DNA of 61,298 nucleotides from Hugenholtzia roseola DSM 9546 (GTDB lineage: Bacteria > Bacteroidota > Bacteroidia > Cytophagales > Bernardetiaceae). Below are positions 58,401 through 61,298 of this stretch, piece after piece; within the stretch, counting starts at the first letter, position 1, and every line of letters begins with the position of its first letter. The DNA lies in assembly GCF_000422585.1 (NCBI RefSeq), contig NZ_KE383880.1, forward strand, positions 128,001 through 189,298, read 5' to 3'. Made by a program: the position numbers and the translations under genes. Below the pieces are notes generated by a model that saw nothing but the letters and a program-made list of their open reading frames with translations, was not told the origin of the DNA and searched no databases.

Positions 58401-58739
58401 CTAAGAGGCTGCCGTTTCACCGAAATTAGAAAGGAGTTGGCTTTGCCTCTGTTGCGATTTGGCATATTGTAAGATTCTTTCCACTACGCCTGCGCTGGGC
58501 GCGGGCATCTGCTTCAACTGTTTTTCTGTGCAGGCATCGAGCTGCTTTTTCATTTCTATCATCTCAAAAAATTCTTGACTTAGACTCTCCTCTTGTAGAA
58601 GTTCGATTCTGATTTGCTCGGCTTTTTGTTCGGACACTTCTCCATACACATAGGCAAGTAGGCTATTGGCGGCAGCGTTTTGGGCGGCGTTTTTAGTGTT
58701 GGAAGGAACGTTTTTTAGATTGGTTTTTATTGTTGACAT
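58401..58739 (-). CDS. putative anti-sigma factor (small protein downstream of the ECF sigma)
   Basis: 112 aa. Position and overlap with the sigma-factor stop; no conserved motif recognised. Confidence 0.35.
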   Translation of the reverse strand: MSTIKTNLKNVPSNTKNAAQNAAANSLLAYVYGEVSEQKAEQIRIELLQEESLSQEFFEMIEMKKQLDACTEKQLKQMPAPSAGVVERILQYAKSQQRQSQLLSNFGETAAS

Positions 58740-59358
58740 ACGTTTCGTTGCTTTGGTTCATCAGTTTTCGGAGATTGATAAGTGCGTAACGCATTCTTCC
58801 CAAAGCCGTATTGATACTCACTCCCGTAGTTTCTGCAATTTCTTGGAAGCTCATATTGAAATAGTGGCGCATCATCAAGACTTCTTTTTGCGGTTTGGGC
58901 AGTTTTTTGATATATTCGCGCAAAGTTGCGCAGGTTTCTTCTTTTATTTTCACTGCTTCAAACGAGGGAACGGCATGCTCGATGGTATTCAAGACAGGGC
59001 TGCCCTCTTCCATGATGACGGTAGGATAGCGTTTTTGCTTACGAAAATGGTCGATGGCGAGGTTGTGTGCGATACGCGAAACCCAAGGCAGAAATTTGCC
59101 CTCTTCGTTGTATCTACCAGAGCGAATGGTATCAATGACTTTAATAAAGGTTTCTTGTAAGATGTCCTCCGCTACATACGCATCTTTGACGATTAGATAC
59201 ACCGCCCCGTAAATGCGCGTCTTGTGGCGTTCTACCAAAGTTACAAAAGCTCCTTCCGAGCCGTTTTGGTAAAGTTTGATGAGTTCGCTATCGCTGACCT
59301 CGTTTTTCTTGGTTTTCGTTTGCATAACTAACGTAGCTTTAAAAAGTGTATTGTTCAA
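58693..59358 (-). CDS. ECF-subfamily RNA polymerase sigma-70 factor
   Basis: LIKLYQNGSEGAFVTLVERHKTRIYGAVYLIV...FLPWVSRIAHNLAIDHFRKQ (region 2). C-terminal region 4 HTH ...SFQEIAETTGVSINTALGRMRYALINLRK. Confidence 0.85.
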   Translation of the reverse strand: MNNTLFKATLVMQTKTKKNEVSDSELIKLYQNGSEGAFVTLVERHKTRIYGAVYLIVKDAYVAEDILQETFIKVIDTIRSGRYNEEGKFLPWVSRIAHNLAIDHFRKQKRYPTVIMEEGSPVLNTIEHAVPSFEAVKIKEETCATLREYIKKLPKPQKEVLMMRHYFNMSFQEIAETTGVSINTALGRMRYALINLRKLMNQSNETYVNNKNQSKKRSFQH

Positions 59359-59670
59359 TTTGAGCGATTGAGGGAGTAGGAAAGCTGCTTGCTATCTTTT
59401 GCCTGCCGTAACTTTTACAAATATAACGACGTTTTTCTGAAAAAAAAAAGAGTACAACAATTTTTTTCCGAAGCCTCGAAAAAAAATTGTCAAAGCAAGT
59501 GCCAAATTCGATAAACAGAGGGTTTTTATCGGCAAAAAAACGTTTTTTATCGACGAAACTTGCAAAAAAAGCGACTAACTTTCCTTTGAAAACCCTTTTT
59601 AAAGCCCGTTTTCTACAAAAAAAAGAAAAACTTACGTGATGTAAGTTCTGACCCTAAAAAACACAAAACT

Positions 59671-60117
59671 ATGACCCTCGAAGACAAAAATTTTTTCATG
59701 CGCCTTGCCCTTTTGGAGGCGCAAAAAGCCTTTGAAAGGGGCGAAATTCCTGTGGGCGCATTGGTAGTACAAGAAAATAAAATCTTAGCACGCGGCTATA
59801 ATCTGACCGAAGCCCTACAAGATGTAACGGCGCATGCGGAAATGATTGCCCTTAGTGCTGCCGCTAACACACTCAATTTCAAGTATTTAGCAGGGGCAAG
59901 TATTTTCGTAACCTTAGAACCCTGCCTGATGTGTGCAGGTGCTTTGGCGTGGTCGCAGGTGTCGGCTCTCTACTTTGGGGCTGCCGACGAAAAGCGCGGC
60001 TTCGTGCGTTTGGGCGAAGGCACTGTTTTCCCGAAAAAGGTAAAAATAGAAGGCGGCATTTTGGCGCAAGAATGTCAAGATTTGTTAAGAACCTTCTTTG
60101 AAAAATTGAGGAAGTAG
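59671..60117 (+). CDS. tadA: tRNA-specific adenosine deaminase
   Basis: HAEMIAL...TLEPCLMCAGAL, CDA-fold zinc motifs. Confidence 0.9.
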   Translation: MTLEDKNFFMRLALLEAQKAFERGEIPVGALVVQENKILARGYNLTEALQDVTAHAEMIALSAAANTLNFKYLAGASIFVTLEPCLMCAGALAWSQVSALYFGAADEKRGFVRLGEGTVFPKKVKIEGGILAQECQDLLRTFFEKLRK

Positions 60118-60241
60118 GTCAAAAGGCTTAGGCGCAGCAAAGCATTTCGCAACTTTTGAGGAAGGGCATGGGAGGATTAAGAAAATACCACGCTAAAAAT
60201 CTAAATTGCTTTCAAACCTGACAGCGGAATAGCTGCTTGAT

Positions 60242-60847
60242 TTAGTTATTTTTATCGTATTTTTTGTTAAATATAGCCCTTAAATCTGTTTGTCTGCACC
60301 AAAGAATAATGCTAATTGTAAGAAGCAATAATAAGTGGTTTAAAAAAGAATTACTACAATCATTAGTATAGTTTGAACCAGAATAATCGTGTAAATGCCA
60401 AGGAAATATTTTATCAAGTATTGGCAAATTGAATCCAAGTTGTTTATTGATAATACTGGGTGAAAGGTCTACTAAGTCGGGAAAAATACTGCCTAAAAAG
60501 GAAAGTCCCATAATAAACTGATATTTTTTATTTGTTAACCAAACTGTAATCAATATCATAGCCAAACCAGCAAACACGTCAAGTTTAGAGTTTATTGGAT
60601 AACAATGTGGAATATAGTCTAATGCGCCATGTGAAATAACACCTACGATAAATGCCAAAATACTTGTCCAAATGGTATCTTTAAGGGTTCTTGCTTGTTC
60701 AATCCTTTTTGTGTCGGTCAATAAAATGGCGACTCCAACTGCGGTTGTGGTATGGAATATTACGTTCATACTAAGTGTTGTCTTAATAAATTTAGAAAAA
60801 TTACGCCAAAGCAAAGGCTTAACAAGACTTTCTACATTAGCACACAA
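60242..60847 (-). CDS. hypothetical polytopic membrane protein (possibly YdjM/DUF457-like membrane-bound hydrolase), low GC
   Basis: Several hydrophobic segments. His-rich loops (HTTTAV, HGALDYIPHCYP). AT-rich codon usage. Confidence 0.35.
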   Translation of the reverse strand: MCANVESLVKPLLWRNFSKFIKTTLSMNVIFHTTTAVGVAILLTDTKRIEQARTLKDTIWTSILAFIVGVISHGALDYIPHCYPINSKLDVFAGLAMILITVWLTNKKYQFIMGLSFLGSIFPDLVDLSPSIINKQLGFNLPILDKIFPWHLHDYSGSNYTNDCSNSFLNHLLLLLTISIILWCRQTDLRAIFNKKYDKNN

Positions 60848-60902
60848 AGATAAGAAAAAATACTAAAAACGATTGAAAATTAGTAACAACTTAAGCAGCA
60901 TT

Positions 60903-61298
60903 TCATTTTTTTTCCTTGCGCAGTGCCTCTATTTGTTCAAAAGTCAAGCCTGTCAGTTTTGAAATGATTGCGTTATTAAAACCTTCTAAAATAGCATTTT
61001 TCGCAATTTCAATCGCCTTTTCTTTTTTGAGTTCCAACTCCTTCTGTTCGAGGTCTCGCTTTGTCTGCTCGATTTCTCGCTTTTTCTGTTCGAGTTCCAA
61101 CTCTTTCTGTTTGAGTTCCAACTCTTTTGTGTAGGCTACGCTTATTTCTATTCGGCGATTTTCTACCGAACGGTCATACATTTTCTTTTCTAAATCTGTA
61201 AGACTTTCATAGCGCAATTTTTCCTTTGCTTTATCCAAGCCTTTCGCCCTAAAAGTATCTTTTACTTCGCTATTTTTTAAAAAATAAATCCATTCGTC
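60903..61298 (-). CDS. Rpn-family PD-(D/E)XK nuclease, third and more divergent paralog; C-terminal part only, the gene continues beyond the window end
   Basis: The reading frame is open from 61298. It encodes ...GRMDLFLKNSEVKDTFRAKGLDKAKEKLRYESLTDLEKKMYDRSVENRRIEI...EIAKNAILEGFNNAIISKLTGLTFEQIEALRKEKK. The charged coiled tail and terminal HTH-like LTGLTFEQIEAL are typical of Bacteroidota Rpn/YhgA-like proteins. Confidence 0.5.
   Translation of the reverse strand, partial: DEWIYFLKNSEVKDTFRAKGLDKAKEKLRYESLTDLEKKMYDRSVENRRIEISVAYTKELELKQKELELEQKKREIEQTKRDLEQKELELKKEKAIEIAKNAILEGFNNAIISKLTGLTFEQIEALRKEKK

Noticed and set aside
1-61298. Search for CRISPR arrays and rRNA genes
   Set aside because: There are no regularly spaced 25-40-bp direct repeats with unique spacers. 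There are no rRNA-like conserved blocks. The repeats present are the MITE-like family, the R/IR elements and the 9-bp operator-like array.

Overview
This window looks like a Bacteroidota-type chromosomal segment of about 45-47% GC. The lineage guess rests on T9SS type-B CTD/PorP-SprF genes, BatA, and PP2C sensors. The structure of interest, at 19.2-27.3 kb, is a repeat-rich recombination hotspot. Two about 93% identical Rpn-family PD-(D/E)XK nuclease genes flank a 1165-aa propeller-sensor PP2C phosphatase gene, with about 280-bp direct repeats, a decayed copy of the phosphatase 3' end, and an adjacent orphan RHS C-terminal toxin cassette of very low GC bracketed by about 55-bp inverted repeats.

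Other main contents:
- **1-3.9 kb:** the S10/L3 ribosomal-protein cluster on the minus strand (rpsC partial, rplV, rpsS, rplB, rplW, rplD, rplC), lacking rpsJ at its canonical position.
- **Four paralogous SpoIIE/PP2C phosphatase genes**, each with a different N-terminal sensor: 7TMR-DISM, PAS/PAC, Reg_prop+Y_Y_Y, and TM-HAMP.
- **Housekeeping genes:** hpt, a tRNA-Ser, lysC, BatA-like VWA, ArsA-like ATPase, coaBC, M16 peptidase, kptA, ldcA, anmK, recF, uppP, MATE, tadA, and an ECF sigma/anti-sigma pair.
- **Surface/secretion:** a T9SS type-B-CTD LRR surface protein with a PorP/SprF partner.
- **53-58 kb:** a low-GC restriction-modification-like island containing a beta-class MTase fused to an Mrr-like nuclease domain, a gamma-class N6A MTase with a candidate PD-DxK endonuclease, and an Amn-like nucleosidase wedged between them.
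- **Repeats:** a 110-170-bp MITE-like hairpin repeat family present in 6 copies, all in the same orientation.
- **Partial genes at the window edges:** rpsC at the left edge (C-terminal part missing) and a third Rpn paralog at the right edge (N-terminal part missing).
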